A program made the translations under genes and the position numbers. Of a stretch of DNA of 64,000 nucleotides, positions 21,624 to 31,971 are shown one piece after another. The notes beneath the pieces are model-generated. The model saw nothing but the letters and a program-made list of their open reading frames with translations, did not search any database and had not been told where the DNA came from. The DNA is from Burkholderiales bacterium (lineage in GTDB: Bacteria > Pseudomonadota > Gammaproteobacteria > Burkholderiales > SHXO01), in NCBI GenBank assembly GCA_036787045.1, contig DAIQQA010000005.1, positions 14,772-78,771 of the forward strand, written 5' to 3'. Position 1 is the first letter of the stretch, and every line of letters starts with the position of its first letter.

Positions 21624-24600
21624 ATGACCAGCAGGCTCCGGGAAATCCCCTACAACTACACATCGTTTTCGGATCGCGAGATCGTGATCCGGATCGTGGG
21701 CGCTCGTGCCTGGGATCTGCTCAACGAGCTGCGTCAGCAGCGGCGCACGGGCCGCTCGGCTCGCATGCTCTACGAGGTGCTCGGGGACATCTGGGCGGTC
21801 GACCGCAATCCCTACCTTCAGGACGATCTGCTCGCGAACCGGAGGCGACTGAGTGCGCTGATCGAGGCGATGCGCCACCGCCTACGCGAGATCGAGGCAC
21901 GCCGCCTGAACCGCGAGGACAGCGTATCCGAGCTGCTCGCAGCCACCACCAGCGCAGTCGACGCGTTCGCAGCCGAGTTCGAGCGGATGGCCGAGCTGCG
22001 GCGGCGGGCGCATCGCAAGCTCGCGCGCGTGACGCGGCATGACAACGTGTGCTTCGACGGCTTTGCCCGGGTCGCGCACGTGACCGACGCGACCGACTGG
22101 CGCGTCGAATACCCCTTCGTCGTGGTGTATCCAGACAGCGAAGACGAAGTCGCTGCGGTTGTGCGGGTGTGCATCGAGCTCGGGCTGACCATCATCCCCC
22201 GTGGCGGCGGCACCGGCTATACGGGCGGGGCAGTGCCACTCGTGCGCCACTCGGCTGTCATCAACACCGAGAAGCTCGACGCGCTCGGTGCGATAGAGCG
22301 AGACCAGATACCCGGCGTGAGCCACTCCGTGCCCACCGTTCGCTGTGGTGCAGGTGTCGTGACCCGGCGCGTCATGGAAGCAGCGGAGGCCCAGGGCTTG
22401 GTGTTCGCCGTGGATCCGACTTCCGCGGACGCGTCGTGCATCGGCGGCAACATCGCCATGAACGCGGGTGGGAAGAAGGCGGTGCTGTGGGGCACGGCGC
22501 TGGACAATCTGGTGTCCTGGCGGATGGTCGATGCCAACGGCTACTTCATGGAGGTGACCCGGCTCGGGCACAACCTGGGCAAGATCCACGACGCCGAGCT
22601 CGCGCGTTTTTCCATCCAGCGGTTCCGCAGGGACGGAAAAACCCCCTACGGCCCGGCGCAGCTCCTGGAGATCCCCGGACCACGCTTCCGTAAGCCCGGC
22701 CTGGGCAAGGACGTCACCGACAAGGTCCTCTCCGGGCTGCCCGGGGTGCAGAAGGAAGGCTGTGACGGAATCATCACGTCCGCGCGTTTCGTGCTGCACC
22801 GGATGCCGACCCATTCGCGCACCGTCTGCCTGGAGTTTTTCGGCCAGGTGCGCGAGGCAGTGCCTTCGATCGTGGAGATCAAGCGCTACCTCGACGGCCA
22901 TCCCCGCGCCATTCTCGCCGGTCTCGAGCACCTGGACGAGCGCTACGTCAGGGCTGTCGGCTATGCGACCAAAGCGCAGCGCGGCACGCGTCCCCGAATG
23001 GTGCTGCTGGCCGATATCGTCAGCGACGATGAGGGCGCGGCAGGCGAGGCGGCGTCCCAGGTCGTGCGCATCGCCAACCTGCGTGGCGCGGAGGGCTTCG
23101 TCGCCGTGAGCCCCGAGGCACGCAAGCGCTTCTGGCTCGATCGGGCTCGCACCGCAGCCATCGCGAAGCACACCAACGCTTTCAAGATCAACGAGGACGT
23201 CGTGATCCCCCTGGAGCGCCTGGGCGACTACTCGGACGGCATCGAGCGCATCAACATCGAGCTGTCGCTGAAGAACAAGATCCGCCTGATGGACGCCCTC
23301 GAGAGCTTCTTTGCGGGCGAGCTGCCGGTGCACCAGGAGGCCGAGCAGGTCTCGCCCCGGGAACTGCTCGGCGCCCGCGTCGAGCAGGCCGTCGCCTTGG
23401 TGCGAGAGACGCGGTCGCGCTGGCAGTGGTTGTTCGACAACCTGGATGCACCTGCGTGCAAGATCCCTGGCCGCGACTTGCAGGCGACCGGTAATCCGCA
23501 GCGCGTTGTAGATGTCCTCCAGGATGGGACGCATCGCGTGTCCTGGAAGAGGGAAGTGCGCGAGGCGCTGCTCGAGCTGTTCGCGGGCCGTGCCTTCGAG
23601 CCGATCTGCCGGGAGATCGAGGCCATCCATCGGCGCGTGCTGACAGGCCGAGTATTCGTCGCGCTGCACATGCACGCCGGCGACGGTAACGTGCACACCA
23701 ACATCCCCGTCAACTCGGCCGACTACGCCATGCTGCAGGAGGCCAATCAGGTCGTGACCCGCATCATGGCGCTGGCCAAGAGGCTGGGGGGAGTGATCTC
23801 CGGCGAGCATGGCATCGGCATCACCAAGCTCGACTACCTCGAGCCGGGGGAGGTCGAGGCCTTCGCAGCCTACAAGCGTGCGGTCGACCCCGAAGGCCGG
23901 TTCAACCAGGGCAAACTGCTGGCAGGCGCCAATCTGGACAGCGCCTATACCCCGAGCTTCAGCCTGCTCGAGCAAGAGAGCCTGATCCTGGAGCAGAGCG
24001 AGATCGGCAGCATCTCCGATTCCATCAAGGATTGCCTGCGCTGCGGCAAGTGCAAGCCGGTGTGCAGCACCCACGTGCCGCGCGCCAACCTGCTCTACAG
24101 CCCGCGCAACAAGATCCTCGCCACCTCGCTGCTGATCGAGGCTTTCCTGTACGAAGAGCAGACCCGGCGCGGCGTCTCGATCCGCCACTTCGACGAGTTC
24201 GACGACGTTGCTGCGCACTGCACGGTGTGTCACAAGTGCGAGAGCCCGTGCCCCGTGGACATCGACTTCGGCGACGTGTCCATTGCGATGCGCAACATGC
24301 TGCGCGGGATGGGCCGGAAAAAGTTTAACGCCGGCACGTCAGCTGCCATGCTGTTCCTGAACGCGACCGACCCCAACACCATCAAGCTCGTGCGCAAGGT
24401 CATGATCGAGTGGGGTTACCGTCTGCAGCGTGCCGGTCACCAGGCGGCCCGACACTTCGGCCTGGTGCAGGACCAGGTGCGCAAACCGCCCGCGACGCTG
24501 GGGAGGCCGCCGGTCAAGGCGCAGGTGATCCATTTCATCAACAAGCCCATGCCGGGTGGGTTGCCGAAGAAGACCTCGCGGGCGTTGCTCGACATCGAGG

Positions 24601-25439
24601 ACCGCTCCATCGTCCCGGTAATCCGCAATCCGCGCAAGGTCAATGACGAGTCCGAGGCCGTCTTCTACTTCCCCGGGTGCGGCTCGGAGCGGCTGTTCGG
24701 GCAGGTGGGACTCGCCACCCAGGCCATGCTTTATCACGTGGGTGCCATCACCGTGCTCCCGCCAGGCTATCTGTGCTGCGGTTACCCGCAGGTCGCGGCT
24801 GGCGAGGGGCAGATGGGGCAGAAGATCAGCACCGACAACCGTGTGCTGTTCCATCGCGTGGCCAATACGCTCAACTATCTGGATATCAAGACCGTGATCG
24901 TGTCCTGCGGCACCTGCCACGATCAGCTCCAGGGCTATGAGTTCGACAAGATCTTTCCGGGCTGCCGGCTGCTGGATATCCACGAGTACCTGCTGGAAAA
25001 GGACGTGAAGCTCGCGGGTGTCAACGGTGTGCGCTACATGTACCACGACCCCTGTCATTCGCCGATGAAGACTCACCAGCCCGGCAACGTAGTCAATCAA
25101 CTGATGGGTCAGGAGGTGAAGCTGAGCGAGCGCTGCTGCGGCGAGTCGGGGACGCTCGCCATGTCGCGGCCCGACATTTCCACCCAGGTGCGCTTTCGCA
25201 AGCAGGAAGAGATGGTGAAGGGCGCGGAGGAGCTGCGCCGCCTAGGGCATGCGGGCGAGATCAAGGTCCTGACCTCGTGTCCGTCCTGCCTGCAAGGCCT
25301 GTCGCGCTATGACAGCGATAGCGGTACTACCGCCGACTACATCGTCGTGGAGATGGCCCGGCACCTGCTCGGGCCGGACTGGATGCGGCAGTATGTAGAC
25401 AGCGCGAACCGCGGCGGGATCGAACGGGTGCTTCTCTGA
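21624..25439 (+). CDS. DUF3683 / FAD-linked oxidase / 4Fe-4S / CCG-domain fusion oxidoreductase
   Basis: 1271 aa. N-terminal [17 protein letters not shown] (DUF3683-type). PCMH FAD-binding region ([13 protein letters not shown]). GlcD-like C-terminal part (GEHGIGITK). Ferredoxin cysteine motifs [11 protein letters not shown] and [12 protein letters not shown]. Two Cys-rich CCG-like repeats (CCGYP, CCGESG). Confidence 0.8.
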   Translation: MTSRLREIPYNYTSFSDREIVIRIVGARAWDLLNELRQQRRTGRSARMLYEVLGDIWAVDRNPYLQDDLLANRRRLSALIEAMRHRLREIEARRLNREDSVSELLAATTSAVDAFAAEFERMAELRRRAHRKLARVTRHDNVCFDGFARVAHVTDATDWRVEYPFVVVYPDSEDEVAAVVRVCIELGLTIIPRGGGTGYTGGAVPLVRHSAVINTEKLDALGAIERDQIPGVSHSVPTVRCGAGVVTRRVMEAAEAQGLVFAVDPTSADASCIGGNIAMNAGGKKAVLWGTALDNLVSWRMVDANGYFMEVTRLGHNLGKIHDAELARFSIQRFRRDGKTPYGPAQLLEIPGPRFRKPGLGKDVTDKVLSGLPGVQKEGCDGIITSARFVLHRMPTHSRTVCLEFFGQVREAVPSIVEIKRYLDGHPRAILAGLEHLDERYVRAVGYATKAQRGTRPRMVLLADIVSDDEGAAGEAASQVVRIANLRGAEGFVAVSPEARKRFWLDRARTAAIAKHTNAFKINEDVVIPLERLGDYSDGIERINIELSLKNKIRLMDALESFFAGELPVHQEAEQVSPRELLGARVEQAVALVRETRSRWQWLFDNLDAPACKIPGRDLQATGNPQRVVDVLQDGTHRVSWKREVREALLELFAGRAFEPICREIEAIHRRVLTGRVFVALHMHAGDGNVHTNIPVNSADYAMLQEANQVVTRIMALAKRLGGVISGEHGIGITKLDYLEPGEVEAFAAYKRAVDPEGRFNQGKLLAGANLDSAYTPSFSLLEQESLILEQSEIGSISDSIKDCLRCGKCKPVCSTHVPRANLLYSPRNKILATSLLIEAFLYEEQTRRGVSIRHFDEFDDVAAHCTVCHKCESPCPVDIDFGDVSIAMRNMLRGMGRKKFNAGTSAAMLFLNATDPNTIKLVRKVMIEWGYRLQRAGHQAARHFGLVQDQVRKPPATLGRPPVKAQVIHFINKPMPGGLPKKTSRALLDIEDRSIVPVIRNPRKVNDESEAVFYFPGCGSERLFGQVGLATQAMLYHVGAITVLPPGYLCCGYPQVAAGEGQMGQKISTDNRVLFHRVANTLNYLDIKTVIVSCGTCHDQLQGYEFDKIFPGCRLLDIHEYLLEKDVKLAGVNGVRYMYHDPCHSPMKTHQPGNVVNQLMGQEVKLSERCCGESGTLAMSRPDISTQVRFRKQEEMVKGAEELRRLGHAGEIKVLTSCPSCLQGLSRYDSDSGTTADYIVVEMARHLLGPDWMRQYVDSANRGGIERVLL

Positions 25440-25450
25440 CGTTCTCCAAA

Positions 25451-25624
25451 GCAACACCTCAACGCAAAGGCGCAAAGGACGCAAAGTTCGCAAAGAAAAC
25501 CCGGGTCAATGGACACGCAGGTCGTCACCTAATCGCTTTACCCATTACCTGGTGCCCATGGACTTGTGCCCGACTCGCATCTGATGTGTTTGCGTCCTTT
25601 GCGCTCTTTGCGTTGAGGTGTTGC
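25451..25624. repeat. inverted tandem-unit element, CGCAAAGG type
   Basis: Arms are GCAACACCTCAACGCAAAGGCGCAAAGGACGCAAA (25451-25485) and TTTGCGTCCTTTGCGCTCTTTGCGTTGAGGTGTTGC (25589-25624). They are reverse complements apart from one extra base. 4 vs 3 CGCAAAG units. About 100-nt core. Confidence 0.85.
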
Positions 25625-25637
25625 TCAAGGGGCTAAC

Positions 25638-26057
25638 ATGACGCGGTGTGTATTCTGCGAGGAAGCCGGCGGGGAAATCCTCTGGGAGGACGACTACTGC
25701 CGCGTGGTGTGGGCCTATGAGCACGACTACCCCGGTCTGTGCCGCGTGATCTGGGACCGGCACGTCGGAGAGATGACGGCTCTCGAACCGGCCGAGCGCA
25801 GCCACGTCATGAAGGTGGTGTTCGCCACCGAGCAAGCGCTGATCTCAGTGGTCGCGCCGGATAAGGTGAACCTGGCCAGCCTCGGCAACCAGGTGCCGCA
25901 CGTGCACTGGCACGTGATACCACGCTTCCGGGATGACCCGCATTTCCCCAACTCGATCTGGGGGCAAAAGCTGCGGCAGGACGGCCATCCACTCCCGGCC
26001 GACTTCGCGCTGCACATGCGGCGCGCCCTGGATGAGGCTCTCAAGTCCCGGAGGTGA
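25638..26057 (+). CDS. HIT-family nucleotide hydrolase/transferase
   Basis: 139 aa. Histidine triad HVHWHVIPR. AAGGGG SD 6 nt upstream. Confidence 0.85.
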   Translation: MTRCVFCEEAGGEILWEDDYCRVVWAYEHDYPGLCRVIWDRHVGEMTALEPAERSHVMKVVFATEQALISVVAPDKVNLASLGNQVPHVHWHVIPRFRDDPHFPNSIWGQKLRQDGHPLPADFALHMRRALDEALKSRR

Positions 26058-26132
26058 CCGGCTGGGCGCGTCACGCTTGCGCGACGCCCGATTCGGCTCT
26101 CGAGGCGCTGAAGAGGCCGGATGTCTTGACCG

Positions 26133-27542
26133 CTACGCGGCAGCCTCGTGGTCGCGGCGGTCCGTTCCGCTCAGGGCCCGCGCAGCCGGAAACACGGCGC
26201 TGAAGGTGCTGCCGCGAGAAAGCTCGCTCTCGATCTCCAGGTGGGCCTGGTGGCGGGAGAGAACATGCTTGACGATGGCCAGCCCCAGCCCGGTGCCGCC
26301 GGTGCTGCGCGAGCGACTGCGGTCCACGCGATAGAATCGTTCAGTGAGCCGCGGAATGTGCTGGGGCTCGATGCCGATTCCGGTATCGCGCACGGCGAAG
26401 GTCGGCATGCCGTTGCGCTGCGTCCACAGGATCTCGATCTCACCTCCCTCAGGCGTATAGCGCACGGCGTTGCTGATCAGGTTACCCAGCGCGCTGCGCA
26501 GCTCCTCGGCGCTGCCGGTCAGACCCACCTCGGACTCGATCCGCAGCGTGATGCGATGGCGACCGGCGGAAAGGGCCACCGCATCCCGATACAGGGTGCG
26601 CGCCAGCTCGCCGATGTCCACGACCTCCTCGCGCAGGGGTGTCTGCGCGCTTTCCAGCTTCGACAGCGTGAGCAGATCCTCCACCAGGCGGTGCATCCGG
26701 GTGGTCTGCTCGATCATGAGCGCAAGCGACCGTCTGGTCATTTCCGGGTCTGGCTCGGTCATGTCCGCGAGGGTTTCGAGGAAGCCGTTGAGAACCGTAA
26801 GCGGCGTGCGCAGCTCGTGTGAGACGTTGGCGACGAAGTCGCGTCGTGTGGTCTCCAGCCGTTCCCAGCGGGTGATGTCGCGGGACAACAGCAACTTCTC
26901 GCTGTCGCCGTAAGGAACGAGTTGGATGGACAGGATCAGCTCGGTGTCGCTGCGGTTCAGGCGCAGCACGAGCGGCTCGCTGAAGCGGCCCGCCTCCAGG
27001 TATTGCACGAACTGGGGCTGCCGGATGAGATAAGTGATCTGCTGACCGCGGTCGCGCTGGCTATCCAGGCCGAAGTAGACTTCCGCGCGCGGGTTGCACC
27101 AGACGATACGGTCTGCTTCGTCCAGCACGACCACACCCTCCGGCAGCGCGGCGCCGGCCTGCTGGAAACGGGTAAGCGCCGCGGACAAGCGCGACTCGAT
27201 GTGGGTTTGCCTGCGCATCAGGCGCGCCAGCCCGGCGAAGATTTCCTCCCAGGCGCCGCTGCCTTCCGGCACCGTCTGGCTGGCCGCCGCCGGTAGCCAA
27301 CGGTAGAGCTGGGAGAGGTAGAGGATGTGGTGCGCGAGCAGAAGCAGGAGCAGCACACAGTAGGCAATCAGCGCTTTGACCCCGCCGAGCACGGGCCACA
27401 GCAGGAACCCGGCGACGGTCACCAGGACCACGCCCGCCACCGGTCTGCCCCACAGCTTGGTCAACGGCGTCCCTTCCGATTGGCAGTTCCTGACTGGCGG
27501 TGAGCGCCATGCAGCGGCTGCTCCCCGCAGAGCCGCGAGCAT
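26133..27542 (-). CDS. phoR: phosphate regulon sensor histidine kinase PhoR
   Basis: H box SHELRTPLT, N box NAVRY, G boxes DTGIGI and GGTGLGLAIV, two N-terminal TM segments. Immediately downstream of phoB. The true start may be TTG 27464, which is preceded by GGAAGGGA. Confidence 0.88.
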   Translation of the reverse strand: MLAALRGAAAAWRSPPVRNCQSEGTPLTKLWGRPVAGVVLVTVAGFLLWPVLGGVKALIAYCVLLLLLLAHHILYLSQLYRWLPAAASQTVPEGSGAWEEIFAGLARLMRRQTHIESRLSAALTRFQQAGAALPEGVVVLDEADRIVWCNPRAEVYFGLDSQRDRGQQITYLIRQPQFVQYLEAGRFSEPLVLRLNRSDTELILSIQLVPYGDSEKLLLSRDITRWERLETTRRDFVANVSHELRTPLTVLNGFLETLADMTEPDPEMTRRSLALMIEQTTRMHRLVEDLLTLSKLESAQTPLREEVVDIGELARTLYRDAVALSAGRHRITLRIESEVGLTGSAEELRSALGNLISNAVRYTPEGGEIEILWTQRNGMPTFAVRDTGIGIEPQHIPRLTERFYRVDRSRSRSTGGTGLGLAIVKHVLSRHQAHLEIESELSRGSTFSAVFPAARALSGTDRRDHEAAA

Positions 27543-27598
27543 TATCCCAGAAAGGCGGACGCTGGTTGCGTGCCGGGCTCGCAGCCAGCCTGGATGGA

Positions 27599-28285
27599 TC
27601 AGTCGTTCGAGAGGCGGTAACCGGTGCCGCGCACGGTCTGAATCAAGCGGTCATGGTTGGAGGGCTCCAGCGCCTTGCGCAGGCGGCGGATGTGCACGTC
27701 CACCGTACGTTCTTCCACGAAGACGTGATCGCCCCAAACCTGGTCGAGGAGCTGGGTGCGCGAGTGCACCCGCTCCGGGTGGGTCAGGAGGAAATGCAGC
27801 AGGCGAAACTCCGTGGGTCCTAGATGCACCGGCTCGCCGTCTGCTGCGACGCGATGGGTTGCCGGATCCAGCCGGAGCGTGCCGATCTGCACCAGGTCGT
27901 CGGTCATCTGGGGTGCCCGGCGCCTGAGCACTGCCTTGACCCGCGCGTTCAGCTCCCGTGGCGAAAACGGCTTCGTGATGTAGTCGTCTGCCCCGGTGTC
28001 CAGCCCGGTCAGCTTGTCCTGCTCGTCCGCACGCGCGGTCAACATGATGATGGGTATGGCGCGGGTGCGCTTGTCGCCTCGCAGCCGTCGGGCCAGCTCG
28101 ATGCCGGATAATCCGGGGAGCATCCAGTCGAGCAGCACCAGGTCGGGAAGCGCGTCCTGCACCAGGCGCAGCGCCTGCTCCGCATTGTCGGCACGTAATG
28201 GCTGGTGCCCGGCCTGCTTGAGGTTGTAGGCGATCAGCTCCTGGATTGCCGGCTCATCCTCTACAACCAGAACAGTGGCAGCCAT
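27599..28285 (-). CDS. phoB: phosphate regulon response regulator PhoB
   Basis: Start at ATG 28285 (MAATVLVVEDEPAIQELI). Receiver LLDWMLPGLSG. OmpR/PhoB winged helix RTVDVHIRRLRKAL. Confidence 0.92.
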   Translation of the reverse strand: MAATVLVVEDEPAIQELIAYNLKQAGHQPLRADNAEQALRLVQDALPDLVLLDWMLPGLSGIELARRLRGDKRTRAIPIIMLTARADEQDKLTGLDTGADDYITKPFSPRELNARVKAVLRRRAPQMTDDLVQIGTLRLDPATHRVAADGEPVHLGPTEFRLLHFLLTHPERVHSRTQLLDQVWGDHVFVEERTVDVHIRRLRKALEPSNHDRLIQTVRGTGYRLSND

Positions 28286-28371
28286 GCGTTGTCCCCCGGG
28301 ATCACTCCGTTGAGCCTGATCGTATGAAAGCAATGTTACCGTACCGTTACAATGCCGTCTGAAAACCGGCA

Positions 28372-28884
28372 ATGACACGGCCGGATCCGGCACCGCCAAG
28401 GTGCGGGGTTCCAGCCGCAGGCCATGCTCGGCTATTATCATCCGGTACCGACTCGGAGATCGGCGTGGCAGAGACAGGCGGTCCCATTCCCAGCGAGATC
28501 AAGCTGCACCAGGCCTCACGCATCCTGGAAGTCACCTTTGCGGACGGTCAGGTCTTCCGGCTTCCCTGCGAATTCCTGCGCGTGTACTCGCCCTCCGCGG
28601 AGGTGCGCGGGCACGGGCCGGGGCAGGAGGTTCTGCAGGCAGGCAAGAAGGACGTCGGCATCGACGCCATCGAGCCGGTCGGCAGCTATGCGGTGAAGCT
28701 GGTGTTCTCGGACGGCCACGATACCGGACTGTACACATGGGGATATTTGTACGAGCTGGGCAAGGACCAGGAACGTCTCTGGCAAGCGTATCTGGAGCGC
28801 CTGCGCCAGGCGGGTGCCAGCCGCGACGGTGCGGTCCCGCTGCGTGCCTCCGGCGCCAGCGCGACGGGCTGGAAGAAGCTGTGA
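28372..28884 (+). CDS. DUF971 (gamma-butyrobetaine hydroxylase-like N-terminal) domain protein
   Basis: [28 protein letters not shown]...[25 protein letters not shown]. Start uncertain; in-frame GTG at 28465 is an alternative. Confidence 0.7.
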   Translation: MTRPDPAPPRCGVPAAGHARLLSSGTDSEIGVAETGGPIPSEIKLHQASRILEVTFADGQVFRLPCEFLRVYSPSAEVRGHGPGQEVLQAGKKDVGIDAIEPVGSYAVKLVFSDGHDTGLYTWGYLYELGKDQERLWQAYLERLRQAGASRDGAVPLRASGASATGWKKL

Positions 28885-28906
28885 GGCGGCAAGTCCGGCG
28901 CCAGCC

Positions 28907-29641
28907 ATGAGCAAGAGCACCCATTTCGGGTTCGAGAAGGTCGATGAGGGAGACAAGGTCCGTCGCGTGGCGGGGGTCTTCGACTCCGTCGCCGGCCGGT
29001 ACGACCTGATGAACGACCTGATGTCGGCCGGCCTGCACCGGGTGTGGAAGCGTTGCCTGGTCGAGCGCAGTGCGGTGCGAGCAGGCGAGCGTGTCCTGGA
29101 CCTGGCGGGCGGCACCGGAGACCTCGCGCGACTTTTCGCCAGGCGCGTGGGTCCGGGCGGTGCGGTGGTCCTGGCCGACATCAACCGCAACATGCTGGTG
29201 CACGGGCGCGACCGCCTCCTTGACGCTGGGGCGGTTGTGCCGATGGTCCAGTGCGATGCGGAGGTCCTGCCGTTCCCGTCCGGCAGCTTCGACTGCGTGG
29301 CGATCGCCTTCGGGCTGCGCAACGTCACGCACAAGGAACGGGCGCTCGCCGAGATGGCGCGAGTGCTCCGTCCCGGTGGGCGCCTCCTCGTCCTGGAGTT
29401 CTCGCAGGTGTGGAAGCCGCTGGCCCCTGTCTACGATGCGTACTCCTTCCAGGTGCTGCCGCGGCTCGGGAAGCTGGTAGCGGGCGACGAGCAAAGCTAT
29501 CGGTACCTCGCCGAGTCGATCCGGATGCATCCCGATCAGGAGACACTCAAGCAGATGCTGGAAGGCGCCGGCCTGGAGCGCGTCGACTACCTCAACCTCA
29601 CTGCCGGTGTCGTGGCGCTGCATCGCGGCTTTCGCTTCTAG
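28907..29641 (+). CDS. ubiE: ubiquinone/menaquinone C-methyltransferase UbiE
   Basis: ATG 28907. [12 protein letters not shown]...[17 protein letters not shown] and SAM motif DLAGGTGDL. Confidence 0.93.
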   Translation: MSKSTHFGFEKVDEGDKVRRVAGVFDSVAGRYDLMNDLMSAGLHRVWKRCLVERSAVRAGERVLDLAGGTGDLARLFARRVGPGGAVVLADINRNMLVHGRDRLLDAGAVVPMVQCDAEVLPFPSGSFDCVAIAFGLRNVTHKERALAEMARVLRPGGRLLVLEFSQVWKPLAPVYDAYSFQVLPRLGKLVAGDEQSYRYLAESIRMHPDQETLKQMLEGAGLERVDYLNLTAGVVALHRGFRF

Positions 29642-29671
29642 CTGACTCGCCTCCCTGCCGGACTCCGTCAC

Positions 29672-30280
29672 GTGGCGACCTTGCCCAACCCGGCCCCGCT
29701 CCTGGCGGGGCAGATCCTCACCGCGGTCAATCATCTGCTCCGGGGGCAGCCGTGGCTGCGCCAACGCCTCCAGCCCTTCGCCGGCCGGGTCGCCGCTCTC
29801 GAGGTCTTCCCCGTGGAGCTGCTGGTGAGTGTGACCGCCGACGGCGAGCTCGGGTCGGTTGCCAGCGGTGCAACCCCCGACGTCGCGGTTCACATCCCGC
29901 CATCTGCGGCGCTGAGTCTTGTCGCGGGTGACGAGCGCGCACGCACGCGCATCACATTGAGCGGGGACCCCGCCTTTGCGGCCGCGCTTGGGGGAGTGTT
30001 GCGCGAGCTGCGCTGGGACATCGAGGAGGATTTGAGCCGTGTCGTGGGTGACGTCGCGGCCCGGCGCATCGTGCAGACCGGGCAGTCGTTCGTGGCGTGG
30101 CAGAGGCAAACGGCAAGCAACCTGTTCCAGACACTGACCGAGTACCTTACCGAAGAGCGGCCGGTTCTCGCACAACGCCACGAGCTGGAGCACTGGCTGC
30201 GCGCGGTCGACGATCTGCGCGACGCCGCGGAGCGTCTCGAGAAGCGCATCGCGCGCCTCGATTCGTCTCGTGGCGGCTGA
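29672..30280 (+). CDS. ubiJ: ubiquinone biosynthesis accessory factor UbiJ (SCP2-like)
   Basis: 202 aa, GTG start. Located between ubiE and ubiB. N-terminal SCP2-like region and C-terminal helical tail. Confidence 0.7.
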   Translation: MATLPNPAPLLAGQILTAVNHLLRGQPWLRQRLQPFAGRVAALEVFPVELLVSVTADGELGSVASGATPDVAVHIPPSAALSLVAGDERARTRITLSGDPAFAAALGGVLRELRWDIEEDLSRVVGDVAARRIVQTGQSFVAWQRQTASNLFQTLTEYLTEERPVLAQRHELEHWLRAVDDLRDAAERLEKRIARLDSSRGG

Positions 30281-30288
30281 GGGCGCGC

Positions 30289-31821
30289 ATGCGCCTGCTC
30301 CGCCTGCTACGTATCCTGTTCGTATCGCTGCGCTTCGGCCTTGAGGAGTTCCTGCTCGGGCACGAACGCGTGCGCGTGCTGCGGCCGGTCATCAACGCGC
30401 TGCTGTTCTGGCGCCGATTGGACGCTCCGCGCGCCGTGCGGCTGCGCCAGGCGTTGGAGACCCTCGGCCCGATCTTCGTGAAGTTCGGCCAGGTCCTGTC
30501 CACCCGCCGTGACCTGCTCCCTGCCGACATCGCCGACGAGCTGGCCAAGCTGCAGGACCGCGTTCCGCCGTTCGAGTCGCGGCGCGTGCGTCAGACGCTC
30601 GAGCGGGTGTACCAGAAGCGCATCGAAGACGTGTTCGCCCAGTTCGACCTCAACCCGGTGGCGAGCGCATCGGTCGCGCAAGTGCATCTTGCCACGCTCA
30701 AGGATGGGACCGCGGCCGCGGTCAAGGTGCTGCGCCCAGGGATCGCGGGCGTCATCGGGCACGACGTTGCGCTGCTCTACAGCGCGGCGAGCCTGGTCCA
30801 GTGGCTGTGGCGGGATGGCAAGCGGCTGAAGCCGCGCGAGGTCGTGGCCGAGTTCGAGAAGCACCTGGAAGAGGAGCTGGACCTGATGCGCGAGGCGGCC
30901 AACGCCAGCCAGCTGCGGCGCAACTTCGCGGGCTCGCCCTTGCTGCGCGTGCCCGAGGTGTACTGGGACTACTGCTGGAGCCAGGTCATGGTCATGGAGC
31001 GCATGGCCGGGACGCCCATCAGCCACGTGGGCAGCCTGCGCGCGCAAGGCGTAGACCTGGCGCAACTGGCCCGCAGCGGCGTGGAGATCTTCTTCACGCA
31101 AGTGTTCCGCGACGGGTTCTTTCATGCGGACATGCACCCGGGCAACATCCTGGTCGATGCGCAGGGACGCTACATCGCGCTCGACTTCGGGATCATGGGC
31201 ACGCTCACCGAGGTCGACAAGAACTACCTGGCGCAGAACTTCCTGGCGTTTTTCCGCCGCGACTACCGGCGGGTGGCTCAGGCGCACCTGGATGCCGGCT
31301 GGGTGCCGCAGGACACGCGGGTGGACGAGTTCGAGTCGGCCATCCGCGCGGTGTGTGAGCCGGTGTTCGACCGGCCGCTGCGCGAGATCTCGTTCGGCAA
31401 GGTGCTCCTGCGGCTGTTTCAGACCTCCCGGCGCTTCAACATCGAGGTTCAACCCCAGCTGGTCCTGCTGCAGAAGACCCTGCTCAACATCGAAGGCCTC
31501 GGCCGCGAGCTCGATCCCGACCTCGACCTGTGGACGACCGCCAAGCCCTACCTCGAGCGCTGGATGTCCGAGCAGCTCGGCTGGCGCGGCCTGCTACGGC
31601 ATGTGCGGGAAGAAGCACCCGCGTGGGGCGTGCTGTTTCCGCAACTGCCACGCCTGATGCACCGCGCCCTGACTGAAGGCGGCTCGGCCGGCGTGGCTGC
31701 AGGCAGGCGGGAGCTGGCCGATCGCGTCAGGCGGCAAACGCGCTGGCTCGCAGTCGCTACCGTGCTGCTGGTCTTATCCCTCCTGCTGCAGCTCTACGCC
31801 CTCCTGTCTTCTGGCCGCTGA
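30289..31821 (+). CDS. ubiB: ubiquinone biosynthesis regulatory kinase-like protein UbiB
   Basis: ATG 30289 ([11 protein letters not shown]...). ABC1/UbiB blocks [33 protein letters not shown]-terminal TM segment. Confidence 0.92.
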   Translation: MRLLRLLRILFVSLRFGLEEFLLGHERVRVLRPVINALLFWRRLDAPRAVRLRQALETLGPIFVKFGQVLSTRRDLLPADIADELAKLQDRVPPFESRRVRQTLERVYQKRIEDVFAQFDLNPVASASVAQVHLATLKDGTAAAVKVLRPGIAGVIGHDVALLYSAASLVQWLWRDGKRLKPREVVAEFEKHLEEELDLMREAANASQLRRNFAGSPLLRVPEVYWDYCWSQVMVMERMAGTPISHVGSLRAQGVDLAQLARSGVEIFFTQVFRDGFFHADMHPGNILVDAQGRYIALDFGIMGTLTEVDKNYLAQNFLAFFRRDYRRVAQAHLDAGWVPQDTRVDEFESAIRAVCEPVFDRPLREISFGKVLLRLFQTSRRFNIEVQPQLVLLQKTLLNIEGLGRELDPDLDLWTTAKPYLERWMSEQLGWRGLLRHVREEAPAWGVLFPQLPRLMHRALTEGGSAGVAAGRRELADRVRRQTRWLAVATVLLVLSLLLQLYALLSSGR

Positions 31822-31848
31822 GCCCGCGCTGGCTCGCCGGCGCATGAC

Positions 31849-31866
31849 GGTTCATCAAACTGTCAT
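31849..31866 (+). promoter_or_regulatory. Pho box (PhoB binding site) of the phosphate porin promoter
   Basis: GGTTCAT-CAAA-CTGTCAT. The second half-site is a perfect CTGTCAT, the spacer is A-rich and 4 nt, and the first half-site matches 4/7. CAGAAT -10-like hexamer lies exactly 10 nt downstream (31877-31882). phoBR is encoded 3.5 kb upstream. Confidence 0.7.
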
Positions 31867-31971
31867 GTCGGCGTCCCAGAATCCGGTCCGTCTAGACGCG
31901 CCCGCGCGGACCCGACACGGCCGGCCAGCGTCCCGGCCACGTTACTGCGACCCAGACCCAGGAGAAGACTT

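Noticed and set aside
21882-24233. 783-aa ORF antisense to the DUF3683 oxidoreductase. Similar long shadow ORFs occur at 47052..48467, 41369..42649, 56742..58709, 61404..62777, 31942..33063 and 30307..31452.
   Set aside because: Arg/Ala/Gly/Pro-rich translations with no motifs lie opposite genes that have clear family signatures. This is typical stop-codon-poor antisense frames in high-GC DNA.
26064-26089. Imperfect GC hairpin between the HIT gene and phoR as a bidirectional terminator
   Set aside because: The stem has a bulge and there is no T-run on either strand. It is too weak to call as a feature.
27465-27542. N-terminal 26 codons of the PhoR ORF
   Set aside because: These codons are probably not translated. 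TTG 27464 is preceded by GGAAGGGA and gives a typical PhoR N-terminus directly before TM1. I kept the full ORF coordinates in the feature list but flagged the start as uncertain.
28401-29334. ORFs 28401..28910 (+), 28424..28696 (+) and 28516..29334 (-), overlapping the DUF971 gene and ubiE
   Set aside because: Alternative frames of clearly assigned genes, with low-complexity Arg/Pro/Ala translations.
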